64,000 bases of DNA from Nitrosopumilus sp. (GCA_965207075.1 CBDBLO010000002.1:1568001-1632000); one strand, 5' to 3'; shown: positions 46,019 to 57,477, counted from the first letter of the stretch. The notes: generated by a model not told the origin, from the sequence alone. Numbers and translations are program-made.

Positions 46019-49000
46019 TCACTGCTTGTCTGTCCTGCTGCGCCTTTTTGCGGCAAGATCCCGGAGCAGGTACCGGCCCGTGTGGCTCTCCGGCACCTCG
46101 GCCACCTGCTCGGGCGTCCCCGTGCATACTATCTGGCCGCCCGCCTCGCCGCCCTCGGGGCCCAGATCTATTATCCAGTCCGAGTTCCTGATCACGTCCA
46201 TGTTGTGCTCTATGACCACCACGGTGTTTCCCATCCTGACAAGCCGGTCAAGCACGTCAAGCAGCTTTTGCACGTCTGCAAAATGCAGCCCGGTGGTGGG
46301 CTCGTCGAGTATGTACATGGTCCTGCCCGTGCTGGGGCGGGACAGCTCGGATGCAAGCTTTACCCTTTGCGCCTCCCCTCCCGACAGGGTGGTGGAGGGC
46401 TGCCCCAGCTTGATGTATCCGAGCCCCACGTCGGCCATGGTCTGCAGCTTTGAGCGCACCGCGGGGACGTTTGCAAAGAACTCGAGCGCCTCGTCTATCG
46501 ACATGCCAAGGACCTCCGTGATGTTCTTTCCCTTGTACGTGACTGCAAGCGTCTCAGAATTGTACCGCTTGCCGCCGCACTCGTCGCACGTGACCTGCAC
46601 GTCGGAGAGGAACTGCATCTCGATCTGCTTTACGCCCGCCCCCTCGCACGCAAAGCACCGGCCCACCTTGACGTTGAAGGAGAACTGGCCCGGCTCGTAG
46701 CCGCGCGTGCGTGCAAGCGGGGTCGAGGCGAATATGGAGCGCACGGGGGTGAATACGTCGATGTACGTGGCCGGGTTCGAGCGCGGCGTCCTTCCTATGG
46801 GGGACTGGTCTATCTCTATCACCTTGTCGACACGCTGCATGCCGTCTATCCTCTTGTGCGCGCCCGCCCTAGCGGTGGATTGGTACATCCGCGCCATAAG
46901 CCCCTTGTAGAGGACCTCCGTGACCAGGGTCGACTTGCCGGAGCCGGACACGCCGGTCACGCAGACAAACCGCCCGAGCGGAATCTCCACGTCTATGCCC
47001 TTTAGGTTGTGCTCAGAGGCGCCCCGGATCACGACGGTGCGGCGGCCGTCGCCTTCGGGGTCTGCGCTGCGCGCCTCAGTCGATACTGTCATCTCCCCCC
47101 GCAGGTACGCGCTTGTGGGCGACCGGCTGTCGGCCAGCATCTCTTGGACCGTGCCCTCAAACACGACGTGCCCCCCGTGTATCCCGGCCCCGGGCCCCAG
47201 GTCCACGATATAGTCGGAGCTTCGTATGACCTCCTCGTCGTGCTCTACTATTATCACCGTGTTTCCCAGGTTGCGCAGCTTTGTGAGCGTGCGGATGAGC
47301 CGCTCGTTGTCCCGCTGGTGCAGTCCGATGGTGGGCTCGTCGAGCACGTACAGGACGCCGGTCAGGTTGGAGCCTATCTGGGTTGCAAGCCTGATGCGCT
47401 GCGACTCGCCGCCGGACAGGGTGGAGCTCCGCCTGTCAAGGGTCAGGTAGGTGAGCCCGACGTTCATCAGAAACTCCAGCCGCTCCGTGATCTCCTTTAG
47501 TATGTCGCGCGCAATGTACGCCTCCATGTCCGAGAGCCGCAGATCGGAGAAGAACTCGTGGCACGACTCTATTGACATGTCGCACACCTCCATTATCCCC
47601 CTGCCGCCCACCTTGACTGCAAGCGATTCGGGCCTGAGCTTCTTGCCTTCGCATCTGCCGCACGGTATGTCGCGCATGAACTTTCGAAGCCAGTCCCGCT
47701 TCGAGTCTGACGTGGTATTCTCAAGCATGTAATACAGGTCGTTCATCACCCCGTTGTACGTCTCGGGATCCTTCAGGGTGGACATCTTCTCCCGCCTCAG
47801 GCCGGTCTCAGGGGCCCCCCACAGCAGGAGCTGCATCTCCTTTTTGCCCAGGTTCCCAATCGGGGTGGTCAGATCGATCCCAAAGTATTCTGCGACGTCG
47901 ATCAGCTTGTCGGTCTTGTATGCAGAGTACTGCCCCCGCCACGGGACGATCGGGTACTCGAGCAGGCACATGGACCGGTCTGGAATCACGAGATCCTCAT
48001 CAAACTGCAGGTTGACGCCCAGCCCGTGGCACTCGTCGCACATGCCAAAGGGCGAGTTGAACGAGAAGTTGCGCGGCTCCATCTCGCCTACGCTCAGCCC
48101 GCAGTGCGGGCACGCGTTCTTTTGGGAGAATACCGCGTCCTTCAAAGAATCCTTGGCGCGGCCGCGGGTGCGGGAGCTCTTGCTGCTGCTGCTACTGCCC
48201 GCACCGCGCGACGACGCGACAGATATTACAACCGTTCCCTTTGACGCCTTTATCGCAGACTGTACGGACTCAAAGAGCCGAGAGCGCTCCTGCACGGTGG
48301 GCGTTATGCGGTCCACCACGATCTCTATATCGTGCCACTTTTTCTTGTCAAGCGCCGGGAAGCGCCCTACGCCCCCGCCGCCCATAAGCGACGCCACCTC
48401 GCCGTTGACCCGGACGCGCGAAAAGCCGTCGCGCCTCGCGTCGTCAAACACCTTTTCATGCGTGCCCTTCTTGCGCTGTATTACGGGCGCCAGCACCAGG
48501 ACCGGTCGCCCCTCGTACATCCGGAGCACGGAATCGCATATGGCGTCAAGGGACTGCGTCGATATCTTCCTGCCGCACCCCGTGCAGTGCGGCACGCCGA
48601 TGCGCGCGTACAGGAGCCTCAGATAGTCGTATACCTCGGTGGTGGTTCCCACGGTGGACCTCGGGTTTTTTGCAGTGGTCTTCTGCTGTATGGAGATTGC
48701 AGGGGACAGTCCCTCGATGTAGTCCACCTCGGGCTTTTCCATCATCTCCAGAAACTGCCTCGCGTACGCGGAGAGCGACTCGACGTACCGCCTCTGCCCC
48801 TCCGCGTATATGGTGTCAAACGCAAGCGACGACTTGCCGGAGCCGGACAGGCCGCTTATCACCACCAGGCTGTTCTTCGGCATGCTTGCAGTGATGTTCT
48901 TGAGGTTGTGGTGCCGGGCGCCACGCACGGTGAGCCTTCCGGCATACTGCGCGGGGTCGATCCCGTTGGGCGTCGTGTCATAACCGTACGGGTGACGGGG

Positions 49001-49219
49001 TGATTGGGAAGAGGAGGAGGAGGAGGAGGAGGAGAGAGATTCAGAACCCAGGGGCCTAGTTCTCGCGGAGCCGTTACGGGCGCCCCTTTTTGACGCTGCC
49101 ATCTCCGCCGGCGTCGTCGCGACCGTTGCGGTCCTTGCCGCGGCCCCCGCCGCCCTTTTTCTTGCCAACGCGAGTCCTCTTTTTCTGCCGTCCGCGGCCC
49201 CCGCCACCCTTTTCACCAT
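46019..49219 (-). CDS. uvrA: Excinuclease ABC subunit A
   Basis: Two ABC modules, [19 protein letters not shown] x2, Zn fingers. Start at 49219 or 49102. Confidence 0.95.
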   Translation of the reverse strand: MVKRVAGAADGRKRGLALARKRAAGAAARTATVATTPAEMAASKRGARNGSARTRPLGSESLSSSSSSSSSQSPRHPYGYDTTPNGIDPAQYAGRLTVRGARHHNLKNITASMPKNSLVVISGLSGSGKSSLAFDTIYAEGQRRYVESLSAYARQFLEMMEKPEVDYIEGLSPAISIQQKTTAKNPRSTVGTTTEVYDYLRLLYARIGVPHCTGCGRKISTQSLDAICDSVLRMYEGRPVLVLAPVIQRKKGTHEKVFDDARRDGFSRVRVNGEVASLMGGGGVGRFPALDKKKWHDIEIVVDRITPTVQERSRLFESVQSAIKASKGTVVISVASSRGAGSSSSSKSSRTRGRAKDSLKDAVFSQKNACPHCGLSVGEMEPRNFSFNSPFGMCDECHGLGVNLQFDEDLVIPDRSMCLLEYPIVPWRGQYSAYKTDKLIDVAEYFGIDLTTPIGNLGKKEMQLLLWGAPETGLRREKMSTLKDPETYNGVMNDLYYMLENTTSDSKRDWLRKFMRDIPCGRCEGKKLRPESLAVKVGGRGIMEVCDMSIESCHEFFSDLRLSDMEAYIARDILKEITERLEFLMNVGLTYLTLDRRSSTLSGGESQRIRLATQIGSNLTGVLYVLDEPTIGLHQRDNERLIRTLTKLRNLGNTVIIVEHDEEVIRSSDYIVDLGPGAGIHGGHVVFEGTVQEMLADSRSPTSAYLRGEMTVSTEARSADPEGDGRRTVVIRGASEHNLKGIDVEIPLGRFVCVTGVSGSGKSTLVTEVLYKGLMARMYQSTARAGAHKRIDGMQRVDKVIEIDQSPIGRTPRSNPATYIDVFTPVRSIFASTPLARTRGYEPGQFSFNVKVGRCFACEGAGVKQIEMQFLSDVQVTCDECGGKRYNSETLAVTYKGKNITEVLGMSIDEALEFFANVPAVRSKLQTMADVGLGYIKLGQPSTTLSGGEAQRVKLASELSRPSTGRTMYILDEPTTGLHFADVQKLLDVLDRLVRMGNTVVVIEHNMDVIRNSDWIIDLGPEGGEAGGQIVCTGTPEQVAEVPESHTGRYLLRDLAAKRRSRTDKQ

Positions 49220-51251
49220 CCCTTGACTCGAGTTCCTCCGTCAGTCTTTTTATTGTATCCCTGCATTTTATGGCCTGCTCAAAGTCAAGATCGTGCGAAT
49301 ACTGCTCCATCTTGGCCCCCAAGTCGGCAAGCTCCCTGTGTATGTCGTGTACGGACTTTGTCTTCGAGTCGTCAAACGCGCCCGAGTCCGCGGCGCCCGC
49401 GGGGATTGCCTTGGTTATGGTTCTCGGTACGAGCCCGTGCCGCTCGTTGTACTCGGACTGCCTCCTCCGGCGGCGCTCAGTCTCGTCCATGGCGGCCCTC
49501 ATCGAGTCGGTCACGGTGTCCGCGTACATTATGACGGAGCCGTTTGCGTTGCGCGCCGCCCTGCCAAACGTCTGTATGAGGCTCGTGGTGTTGCGCAAAA
49601 ACCCCTCCTTGTCCGCGTCAAGTATGGCCACAAGCGAGACCTCGGGTATGTCCAGCCCCTCCCGCAGCAGGTTTATCCCGACAAGCACGTCAAACTCGCC
49701 CAGCCGCAGCTGCCGTATCAGCTCCGTGCGCTGCAGCCCCTCTATCTCAGAGTGCAGGTACCGCACGCGCACGTCCCTGCGCGACAGGTACTCGGCCAGA
49801 TCCTCGGCCATCCTCTTTGTAAGCGTGGTCACGAGCACCCGCTCACCACGCCCGGCCCTGCCGCCTATCTCCGATATCAGGTCGTCCATCTGTCCCTGCG
49901 TGGGCCGCAGCTCCACGCGGGGGTCAAGCAGCCCCGTGGGCCGCACGAGCTGCTCGGCCACCCCCGAGGAGACCTCGCGCTCGTACGCGGCCGGGGTGGC
50001 AGACACGAATATTGTCGGGTGCCTCATCACGTACTCCTCGAACTCTTCGAACCTCAGCGGCCTGTTGTCGTACGCGCTGGCCAGCCTGAATCCGTGCGTC
50101 ACCAGCTCGCGCTTGCGCGAGTGGTCCCCCTTGTACATGCCGTGCAGCTGCGGCAGCGTCACGTGCGACTCGTCTATGACCAACAGAAAGTCCTCGTCAA
50201 AAAAGTCCATCAGGCAGAACGCCTGCTGGCCCGGCCTGCGGCCGTCAAAGTGCCTCGAATAGTTCTCTATGCCGGAGCAGTATCCGAGCTCCTCGATCAT
50301 CTCGAGGTCATACGTCGTGCGGGACTCCAGCCGCTGCCGCTCAAGCTCCGCAAGCTCGGGCAGCCTGCCGGCAAGCTCTTCTCTGATCGACAGGATTGCG
50401 TTTGCCCGCACGTCGCTTGCGATAAGGTAGTGCTTTGCGGGAAATATGCGCAGCTCCGGCAGGTCCCGCACCACGTCGCGCGACACCTTGTCAAGTATCG
50501 ACACCCGCTCTATCTCGTCCCCGAACATGGATATGCGCACCAGGTCCTCGGAGTACGCGGGCGTGATCTCAAGCGTGTCGCCGCGGACCCTAAAGTTTCC
50601 GGGCGCGACTTCCGTGTCGTTGCGCTCGTAGCGCGCGTCGACGAGCCTCTGGATCAGCGCGCCGCGCCCCAGCTGGTCGCCGCGGCGTACGCGCAGGGCC
50701 AGGTTGTCCCAGTCCCGGGGGTTTCCAAGGGAGTATATGCACGACACCGTGGCGACGATTATGGTCGGCTCGCCGGAGAGCAGCATCGCGGTGGCCTCCA
50801 GACGCATCTTCTCGATCTTCTCGTTGACCTGCGTGTCCTTTTCAATGTACGTGTCAGTCTGCGGTATGTAGCTCTCAGGCTGGTAGTAGTCGTAATATGA
50901 CACAAAGTAGCCCACGTTGTTGCGCGGAAAGAACTGCTTTAGCTCAGAATACAGCTGGGCCGCAAGCGTCTTGTTGTGCGATATCACAAGCGTGTTCTTG
51001 CCGCATTTGGCAATCACGTTTGCCACGGTAAACGTCTTTCCGGAGCCCGTCACCCCGAGGAGGGTCTGCCTCTTGTTCTCACTCACTCCAGATGCCAGTG
51101 CCGACACGGCCTGCGGCTGGTCCCCGGTGGGCTCGAACGGGGAGGCCAGCTCGAATTTGGGGGCATGATCATACAGGGGGGAGAATGGCGTGCCCGTGGC
51201 GGTATCGGCAGCGGCCGACACGTCTGCTGCAACGGTTCTTGCGCGCCCCAT
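49074..51251 (-). CDS. uvrB: Excinuclease ABC subunit B
   Basis: GVTGSGKT, YYDYYQPE, NLLREGLD, GRAARN, UVR domain. Confidence 0.95.
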   Translation of the reverse strand: MGRARTVAADVSAAADTATGTPFSPLYDHAPKFELASPFEPTGDQPQAVSALASGVSENKRQTLLGVTGSGKTFTVANVIAKCGKNTLVISHNKTLAAQLYSELKQFFPRNNVGYFVSYYDYYQPESYIPQTDTYIEKDTQVNEKIEKMRLEATAMLLSGEPTIIVATVSCIYSLGNPRDWDNLALRVRRGDQLGRGALIQRLVDARYERNDTEVAPGNFRVRGDTLEITPAYSEDLVRISMFGDEIERVSILDKVSRDVVRDLPELRIFPAKHYLIASDVRANAILSIREELAGRLPELAELERQRLESRTTYDLEMIEELGYCSGIENYSRHFDGRRPGQQAFCLMDFFDEDFLLVIDESHVTLPQLHGMYKGDHSRKRELVTHGFRLASAYDNRPLRFEEFEEYVMRHPTIFVSATPAAYEREVSSGVAEQLVRPTGLLDPRVELRPTQGQMDDLISEIGGRAGRGERVLVTTLTKRMAEDLAEYLSRRDVRVRYLHSEIEGLQRTELIRQLRLGEFDVLVGINLLREGLDIPEVSLVAILDADKEGFLRNTTSLIQTFGRAARNANGSVIMYADTVTDSMRAAMDETERRRRRQSEYNERHGLVPRTITKAIPAGAADSGAFDDSKTKSVHDIHRELADLGAKMEQYSHDLDFEQAIKCRDTIKRLTEELESRDGEKGGGGRGRQKKRTRVGKKKGGGGRGKDRNGRDDAGGDGSVKKGRP

Positions 51252-51253
51252 GA

Positions 51254-51886
51254 TCACCACACCGGCTCGTCGACCATCCGGGGCCCGTCGTCGGTCACCT
51301 CGAACCCCATTACGCGTAGCGTCTCCGCGGCCGTCGGGGAGCCGCGCTCGAGTATCTGCTCGGCGAGCTCCTGGCGGCGCTTCCGGCTCATGTGCTGCCC
51401 TATCTTGTACTTGCCGTGCATGACCTCAGGCGTGATCTTCAGGATGGCGACCGCGTCGACCACGCCCATGTCGGGCCTGACAGGCTCGTAACGGCCCTCC
51501 GGCTGGTACTTTGCCATGAGGCCGTTGAGCGCAAGCGCCTTCTCGCCGCGGTCGGAGACGATGCTGCACGCGCCCTTTATCACCACGCTGATGTACAGCG
51601 TGTCAGCAACCGACGCGTCGAGTGGATCCTCAAAGTAGGACGGCAGGAACTCCAGCTCCCTGTCGACCTCGAACCCGACCCTTGGGTTCCGGGCGACGTT
51701 GTCCAGCTTTTCGCCGCGCGTGTGCGAGTGCATGTATACGGATCCGTCAAGGTACGCAAAGTTCATCGGTATGACCTGCGGGTACCCGTCGCGGTCCATG
51801 CTTGCGATCCGCCCTATGTGCTCAGAGTTGAGGAACTCGATCATCTTTTCCCTGGATTTGATGCGCAGTATGCCCGCATGCTGCAT
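51254..51886 (-). CDS. Pyridoxamine 5'-phosphate oxidase-like flavin-binding protein (NimA-like)
   Basis: YPQVIPMNF, G.KLDN...NPRVGFEV, YISVVIKG. Confidence 0.85.
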   Translation of the reverse strand: MQHAGILRIKSREKMIEFLNSEHIGRIASMDRDGYPQVIPMNFAYLDGSVYMHSHTRGEKLDNVARNPRVGFEVDRELEFLPSYFEDPLDASVADTLYISVVIKGACSIVSDRGEKALALNGLMAKYQPEGRYEPVRPDMGVVDAVAILKITPEVMHGKYKIGQHMSRKRRQELAEQILERGSPTAAETLRVMGFEVTDDGPRMVDEPVW

Positions 51887-51966
51887 GGGGGGAGGTACCC
51901 CGCATAGTGCTATAAATCAAATGTGCAGGCACGGGTCGCGCGGAACGGATGCCGCGGGTGCGGCAG

Positions 51967-53070
51967 TCACGACGCGGCCGCCTTTTCGCGCAGGGCGGGC
52001 ATCACGTGGCTGGCAAACTTGTCAATCGAGCCGAAATAGTTCTTGCCCCAGAACCTGATGACAAAGTGGTTGACGCCGGCCTCCATGAACCTCTCGAATA
52101 CCGGTATCACGTCGTCGGGGGTTCCCACGGCGGTGGAGGAGCGCGCGATCGGGTCCGGAATCTTTGTTGCGGCCTCCCTCATCTTTACTATCCAGTCCTG
52201 GTTTGACATCGAGTATTCCGTAAAGTACTTTCTAAAGTCAAAGCCCTCTATCTCCTTGAGCCCGTGCACCCGCAGTATCTCGGGCTTGAAGAGGCTCACC
52301 TTTACGGCCTCCTTCATGCGCGCCCACGACTCCTCAGAATCGTCTGAAAAGTACACGTCTATGTCCAGCGCATACTCAAAGTTGTCCTTCTCCTCCTGCG
52401 TCCGGCCGCTTGCGTCCATCGACGCCTTGATCTGGCCCGCGTGATCCTCGAAGAGCTCCGGCGTGTACCCGATGGGAAGCCAGCCGTCGCCGAGCTTGCC
52501 TGTGAGGGCAAGCGTGCGCTTGCCGCCGGCCGCCATGTACGTGGGCGGCCTGGGCTTCCTGATCGGCGGCGCCTGCAGGCAGGCCCCCTCCAGCTTGTAG
52601 TACTTGCCGTCATAGTCCACGGTGTTGTCCGGTGTCGAGCCATACAGGGTGTGTACAACCTCTATCTGCTCCTCCCACTTTGAGACGGGCTTTTCAAACG
52701 GAATGCAGAACTCCTTGAGGTTCTGCGCCTCGCCGGCGCCTATGCCGAGTATGGCCCTGCCCTTTGAGACGCGATCAAGCGTGATTGCCGCAAGGGCGAT
52801 GTTTGAGGGGTGCCTGCGGATGGCATCCGTTACGCACGTCCCGAGCTCTACGTTGTTTGTGACGGCCGCAATTGCGGACAGCATGACCCAGGGGTCAAGC
52901 ACGATGGCGTTGGTCCACTGTGGGACGTTCGTATGGTCCATATAGAATATTGAGTCATAGCCGGTCCTGTCGGCAAGCGTACAGGCAGTCAGGATCTGGT
53001 CCTCCGTATAGCCGGCGCGGGCGACATTCAGCCCGTTTTGAATCCCAAACTTTATCCCGGTCCTGCCCAT
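51967..53070 (-). CDS. LLM-class (probably F420-dependent) oxidoreductase
   Basis: DH, DPWVMLSAIA, GRAILGIGAG, DGWLP. Confidence 0.9.
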   Translation of the reverse strand: MGRTGIKFGIQNGLNVARAGYTEDQILTACTLADRTGYDSIFYMDHTNVPQWTNAIVLDPWVMLSAIAAVTNNVELGTCVTDAIRRHPSNIALAAITLDRVSKGRAILGIGAGEAQNLKEFCIPFEKPVSKWEEQIEVVHTLYGSTPDNTVDYDGKYYKLEGACLQAPPIRKPRPPTYMAAGGKRTLALTGKLGDGWLPIGYTPELFEDHAGQIKASMDASGRTQEEKDNFEYALDIDVYFSDDSEESWARMKEAVKVSLFKPEILRVHGLKEIEGFDFRKYFTEYSMSNQDWIVKMREAATKIPDPIARSSTAVGTPDDVIPVFERFMEAGVNHFVIRFWGKNYFGSIDKFASHVMPALREKAAAS

Positions 53071-53129
53071 TCATGAAAACTCCTGCGTGAGAATACAAAA
53101 GTGTATCGATAGGCAAGGGCGCGGGCGCT

Positions 53130-53193
53130 GCTTGTGGGCGGCTTGTGGGCGGCTTGTGGGCGGCTTGTGGGCGGCTTGTGGGCGGCTTGTGGC
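53130..53193. repeat. 11-bp tandem repeat GCTTGTGGGCG x5.8, intergenic
   Basis: Directly visible. Confidence 0.93.
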
Positions 53194-53310
53194 GTATAAA
53201 TGGCAACGACCCCGGCGCCGCGGAAAGCACAGGCAGCAGCAGCAGCAACAGAAGAATAAGAAGACGACGCCATCACGCAATCGGCAGAAAAGACCAGAAA
53301 AGGCAGATAC

Positions 53311-54255
53311 TCACAGGTTGCCGGCCTTGATGTCCTCTAGGCACTTTACGACGTCCCCCTTTGATATTGGTATCGGGTTGGGATCCAGGTGTCCGCGGTC
53401 GGTCATGACCACGTCGGCGGCCTCTGACACGTCTGCCTTTAGTTCGAGCCTGTCAAAGCCGAGTTTTTCCATAGCCTCCTTGAACCTCTCATAGAATACC
53501 GACTTGTTGTGCTTGTGCGCCACCGTGGTGCACGACGACAGCGAGTACCCGTGGGGTACTCCCTCGTTTGAAAACACGTAGGAGAGCGCGTGTCCGAGCG
53601 TAGTCGAGCAGTTGCCAAAGCCCATGCCGGAGAGCATGGAGCCGTAGGGATAGTCCTCCGGCCTGTCCTCCATAATGGCGGCGTACAGAATGTCAAACGC
53701 CTGCTTGCACAGCGTCCTTGTCATGTCGTTTCCAATCTTGCTGTCGTACCCCTCCGTGGCCTGCGCGCACGCGTCGCACACAGAGTTCTTGATTACCTGC
53801 TCCGGCGTGCCGTCCATAAAGTACGAGTCAACCACCGCCATGTCGGCAAGGAACCTGTCCTCCCGGAGCAGCTTCTTCTTGCCCTCGAACTTTAGCACGC
53901 AGTAGGTGGTCATCTCGGCGCCGGTCCCAAAGGTGGTCGGTATCAGTATCTTCTCCTTTTTCATCTCGGGAGCCGCGTACTTTACCACGTCCATCGAGCT
54001 CCCGCCCCCGAGCCCTATCAGGACGGAGGGATCCTTGTCCTTGAACTGCGATATCACGGCATTGACGTCCTCAATCGATGGCTCCGGCGTCACCTTGTCG
54101 TACAGCATAAAGTCCTTTATACCCATCTTGGAGGTCCACTTGTCGGACAGCTCCGGCGGGACCGTGGTGACTATGAGCGCGTTCCTGGGATACTCGGTCT
54201 GGGACAGGGCGTCCTTGCCAAAGTTGATGATCTTCGGGATGCGCACGGTGTGCAT
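53311..54255 (-). CDS. Fe-containing alcohol dehydrogenase, probable malonic semialdehyde reductase of the thaumarchaeal 3HP/4HB cycle
   Basis: GGGSSMD, PTTFGTGAE, H..S...HG. Closely resembles the Nitrosopumilus enzyme as recalled. Confidence 0.8.
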   Translation of the reverse strand: MHTVRIPKIINFGKDALSQTEYPRNALIVTTVPPELSDKWTSKMGIKDFMLYDKVTPEPSIEDVNAVISQFKDKDPSVLIGLGGGSSMDVVKYAAPEMKKEKILIPTTFGTGAEMTTYCVLKFEGKKKLLREDRFLADMAVVDSYFMDGTPEQVIKNSVCDACAQATEGYDSKIGNDMTRTLCKQAFDILYAAIMEDRPEDYPYGSMLSGMGFGNCSTTLGHALSYVFSNEGVPHGYSLSSCTTVAHKHNKSVFYERFKEAMEKLGFDRLELKADVSEAADVVMTDRGHLDPNPIPISKGDVVKCLEDIKAGNL

Positions 54256-54286
54256 AAATGGCCGAGATGTGGTTCATTATTATATC

Positions 54287-55768
54287 TTGCAGTCCGGGGG
54301 CGACAACCACAATGGCAGCGGCAACGTCGGTGACAATACCGCCGCCGCCGCCATAACCATATCGGGCAGGGAGGAGATAATCGCAGAAAGCGACAGGCGG
54401 AGGGACTGCATCTCCATTCTGGAGGCGGGGCTGGCCGCGGCGGATCCGGCCATGTTCATACCAAGATACGTAAAGGAAGACAGGATATGCGCGCCTGGCC
54501 CCGGCGCGGCCGTGCGCCTGGACGACTATAGCGGCGTATACACGGTGGCGTTTGGCAAGGCGGCGGACTCTATGACCAGGGCCGCAAACGGCATACTGCA
54601 GGACAGGCTGTCCGGCGGCGTCATAACGATTCCAAGGGGGTCCAGGTCCGCCATAAGGGGCAGAAAGTTTCGCATATTCAACGCAGGCCACCCGGTGCCG
54701 GACAAGACGAGCGTCAGGGCCGCAAAGGAGTCCATCAAGTTTCTGCGCGCAAGGAGGCGCGGCGAGCTCGTGATATTCCTGATATCGGGCGGGGGATCGT
54801 CACTGCTTGCGCTGCCCGACGGGATCACGCTGGGCCAAAAGGTGCACATGACGAACCTGCTGCTCAGGTGCGGCGCGCCGATACGCGAGATCAACACTGT
54901 GAGAAGCGCCCTCTCCGGCGTAAAGGGCGGGAGGCTGGCGGGGCACCTCAGATGCGACGCAATGAGCCTGATAATGTCAGACGTTGAGGGCGACGACGTT
55001 GCAAGCATAGCGTCAGGTCCCACGTATCTGGGAGAGGCCGCAGGCGGCGGGGACGGCAGGTACGAGGCGGCGCTTGGAGTCATTGCCAGATACGGGCTGT
55101 CAAAAAAGGCAGACAAGGCAGTCATCGACTACCTCGGCAAAGGGGCCCGGGCGCGGCGTGACGGCCCCGCAGAGTCCGCCGGTTCCGGCACGGGCCGCAT
55201 GATGGGAAACTATGTGATTGCAAGAAACAGGGACTGCCTGGAGGCGATGGTCTCGGCCGCCAAAAGGCTCGGGTACGGGCCGTCCGAGTCCACGCCGCTC
55301 CAGGTGTTTGGCGACATCAAAGAGGCTGCAGACGCAGTTTATGGCGAGATACCACCCGACGGGCGCAGGTGCGTCATATTCGGGGGAGAGGCCACGATCA
55401 AGGTACTCGGGCGCGGCGTCGGCGGCAGGAACCAGGAGATGGTGCTCAGACTCCTCAAAAAGAGCCAGAAGATGCGCGGCGCCGCAGGGCAGGACAGGAA
55501 GAGAGGGGGAGGAAGAAGAAGGGGCAGGCTGGTAATCGCGTCGGCGGGCACGGACGGAATCGACGGCAACTCCATAAACGCAGGAGCCATTGCAGAAAAC
55601 GAGAGCGTAGACATCGGACTGATAAACGACGCGATAAGGAACAGCGACTCGGGGGGGTTCTTTGGGCGGCGCAAAAGAAGCGAGAGCGGCGGGGCCATGC
55701 CGCCGTCGCTCATCAGGACGGGGCCCACGCACACAAACCTGATGGACATAGGGGTCGTGCTGACATGA
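54287..55768 (+). CDS. Glycerate kinase, class II (MOFRL/TtuD)
   Basis: FGKAA, GHPVPD, ISGGGSSL, IASGPT, GGRNQE, GTDGIDG, TGPTHTNLMD. Start inferred. Confidence 0.9.
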   Translation: MQSGGDNHNGSGNVGDNTAAAAITISGREEIIAESDRRRDCISILEAGLAAADPAMFIPRYVKEDRICAPGPGAAVRLDDYSGVYTVAFGKAADSMTRAANGILQDRLSGGVITIPRGSRSAIRGRKFRIFNAGHPVPDKTSVRAAKESIKFLRARRRGELVIFLISGGGSSLLALPDGITLGQKVHMTNLLLRCGAPIREINTVRSALSGVKGGRLAGHLRCDAMSLIMSDVEGDDVASIASGPTYLGEAAGGGDGRYEAALGVIARYGLSKKADKAVIDYLGKGARARRDGPAESAGSGTGRMMGNYVIARNRDCLEAMVSAAKRLGYGPSESTPLQVFGDIKEAADAVYGEIPPDGRRCVIFGGEATIKVLGRGVGGRNQEMVLRLLKKSQKMRGAAGQDRKRGGGRRRGRLVIASAGTDGIDGNSINAGAIAENESVDIGLINDAIRNSDSGGFFGRRKRSESGGAMPPSLIRTGPTHTNLMDIGVVLT

Positions 55769-55905
55769 GGCGCAGTAATTCGAGGCCGGCCTAATCTACG
55801 GGCCTGTCCGCATCTAAGGTCGGGAAAACCGGCAATCGCGCGAGGGTTACTCGAGCCGGGTGAGTGATGCACCCTGTTTTAATACGATAAAGCCGTATTA
55901 CAGAT

Positions 55906-56262
55906 ATGATTGAAAAGGAATTCAATCCAGACGTGCTGTACGGCAAAATAGTCCACTATTACATGGACAGGAGGGGGTACGACAAGGTAAAGGCAAACAC
56001 CATAGCACAGCGCGTAGTTCAAAGAGAGGCGCAAAGGCGCATATGCACAACAGAGGGGTGCGGCCACTTTTCGCACGACCATCTTCGAAACACCGGAATA
56101 TGCCTATCAGACGGCTGCACGTGCAGCAAATTTACGAACAGGCGCGGAATGCGGGCAGGACTCACGAGGGGCAAGGAGAAGGGGGAGGAGAAGGCAAGTG
56201 CTCCAGACGTTACGATGGCCGCGGCGGCGACAGCAATGCCAGATGGCGGCAGCGCCAGATAG
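55906..56262 (+). CDS. Hypothetical Cys/His-rich protein
   Basis: C..C.H...H.....C....C.C pattern, TTTAATA box upstream. Confidence 0.7.
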   Translation: MIEKEFNPDVLYGKIVHYYMDRRGYDKVKANTIAQRVVQREAQRRICTTEGCGHFSHDHLRNTGICLSDGCTCSKFTNRRGMRAGLTRGKEKGEEKASAPDVTMAAAATAMPDGGSAR

Positions 56263-56354
56263 ACAAGTGCAGTCGGCGCGCGATGCCGCGCGATAAAGCA
56301 AAAAGCGACGCGAGTAACTATGCATGACGCAAGGCAGAAGGCGGGCGCGGGGCG

Positions 56355-57356
56355 TCAGTGCGCCGGACCGTCGGCTCCCGCGACGGTCAGCGGCGCGGCA
56401 TCGATTCCAAGCCTTTGCAGGTCCCGTGCAAACTCCTCCTCGAACCCGTGCGTCGTATACACCGTCTCTGCCCCCGACTGCCGCACCATCCGAAGCAGTT
56501 CGGAATAGTCGCAGTGGTCGCTCATCGGTATCGAATAGTCGGCCCTCCTGCCAAACGCAAACCGCGGGGACTTTGCCCACCCGCTGAACCCGATCGTAAC
56601 GGCCCCGTATCTTGACTTTAGATCCCGGACGAACCGGGACTTTTCGGAGAGCATCGGGGATATCATCAGCCACGGCCTCCGCTCAAGCAGGCCCCTGGAC
56701 TCGGCCTCCGTATGCCCGATGCCGCCGGCAAGGCTTACGCCGAGCTGCCCGTGCAGCGAGTTCATCTCAAGCACGGAGTCGTGAAAGTAAAGAGGCATCC
56801 AGTGCCCGAACAGGCGGGTCAGGGTCTGGGCCTTGCCAAGCTGGTACCCCATCAATACGACCGGGACGCTCCGCTCGTACATCTCGGATATGAGGCGGTT
56901 TACGCGCTCCGTTACGTCCTGGACGGGGGGAAACTCGAATTCCGGCAGCCCGAACGTGCACTCCGTAATCAGCGTCTTGCACCGGGGCACCTTGGCCCCC
57001 CTCAGAAACCCCCTGTCGCGGGTGCAGACGTCGCCCGTATAGAACGTCTCGCCAAACAGGAGCCCCTTTGATCCCAGGATGTGGCCGCTGTCGACCATCT
57101 CAAAGCCGTCAGCGTGCTCGGAATGATCGTCGAGCCTGAACCCGCGCACGGCGGCTATCGCGTGCGTCTGCCGGGATGCCAGCAGCGTGCAGCGGTCGCC
57201 ATCGCGCCCGTTTCGGGACGCCGGCAGGTGGTCGGTGTGCGCGTGCGACACAAAGTTCACCGCCCCGGGAACGGGCGCCTTTGGGTCGAGCCAGACCTCC
57301 TGCGATCCGTCACGGCACACGATGCCGTTTGCAGTCATTCGTATACTCGGCGGCAT
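56355..57356 (-). CDS. MBL-fold/beta-CASP exonuclease
   Basis: SHAHTDH, GHILGS, YTGD, ECTFG, SDHCD, THG. Confidence 0.88.
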   Translation of the reverse strand: MPPSIRMTANGIVCRDGSQEVWLDPKAPVPGAVNFVSHAHTDHLPASRNGRDGDRCTLLASRQTHAIAAVRGFRLDDHSEHADGFEMVDSGHILGSKGLLFGETFYTGDVCTRDRGFLRGAKVPRCKTLITECTFGLPEFEFPPVQDVTERVNRLISEMYERSVPVVLMGYQLGKAQTLTRLFGHWMPLYFHDSVLEMNSLHGQLGVSLAGGIGHTEAESRGLLERRPWLMISPMLSEKSRFVRDLKSRYGAVTIGFSGWAKSPRFAFGRRADYSIPMSDHCDYSELLRMVRQSGAETVYTTHGFEEEFARDLQRLGIDAAPLTVAGADGPAH

Positions 57357-57477
57357 GGCCGGGGTGCAGGGGCCTCTGATTTTAACATGAGGATGATCGG
57401 GCGGGCGGCGCCCGGCCCGCGCGGCGCGCATCCCGCCATGCATGGGGTTTAATACCCTCGCGGGCGCGCACCACCGC

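Noticed and set aside
49090-50900. Long antisense or alternative-frame ORFs (e.g. 49293-50900, 29096-30715, 16923-18344, 15359-16567)
   Set aside because: Shadow ORFs expected opposite real genes in high-GC DNA.
53906-54286. 5' extensions of listed ORFs (53906-55768, 10038-11600, 9168-10673, 56355-58187)
   Set aside because: The extensions overlap real genes on the opposite strand, so starts were trimmed.
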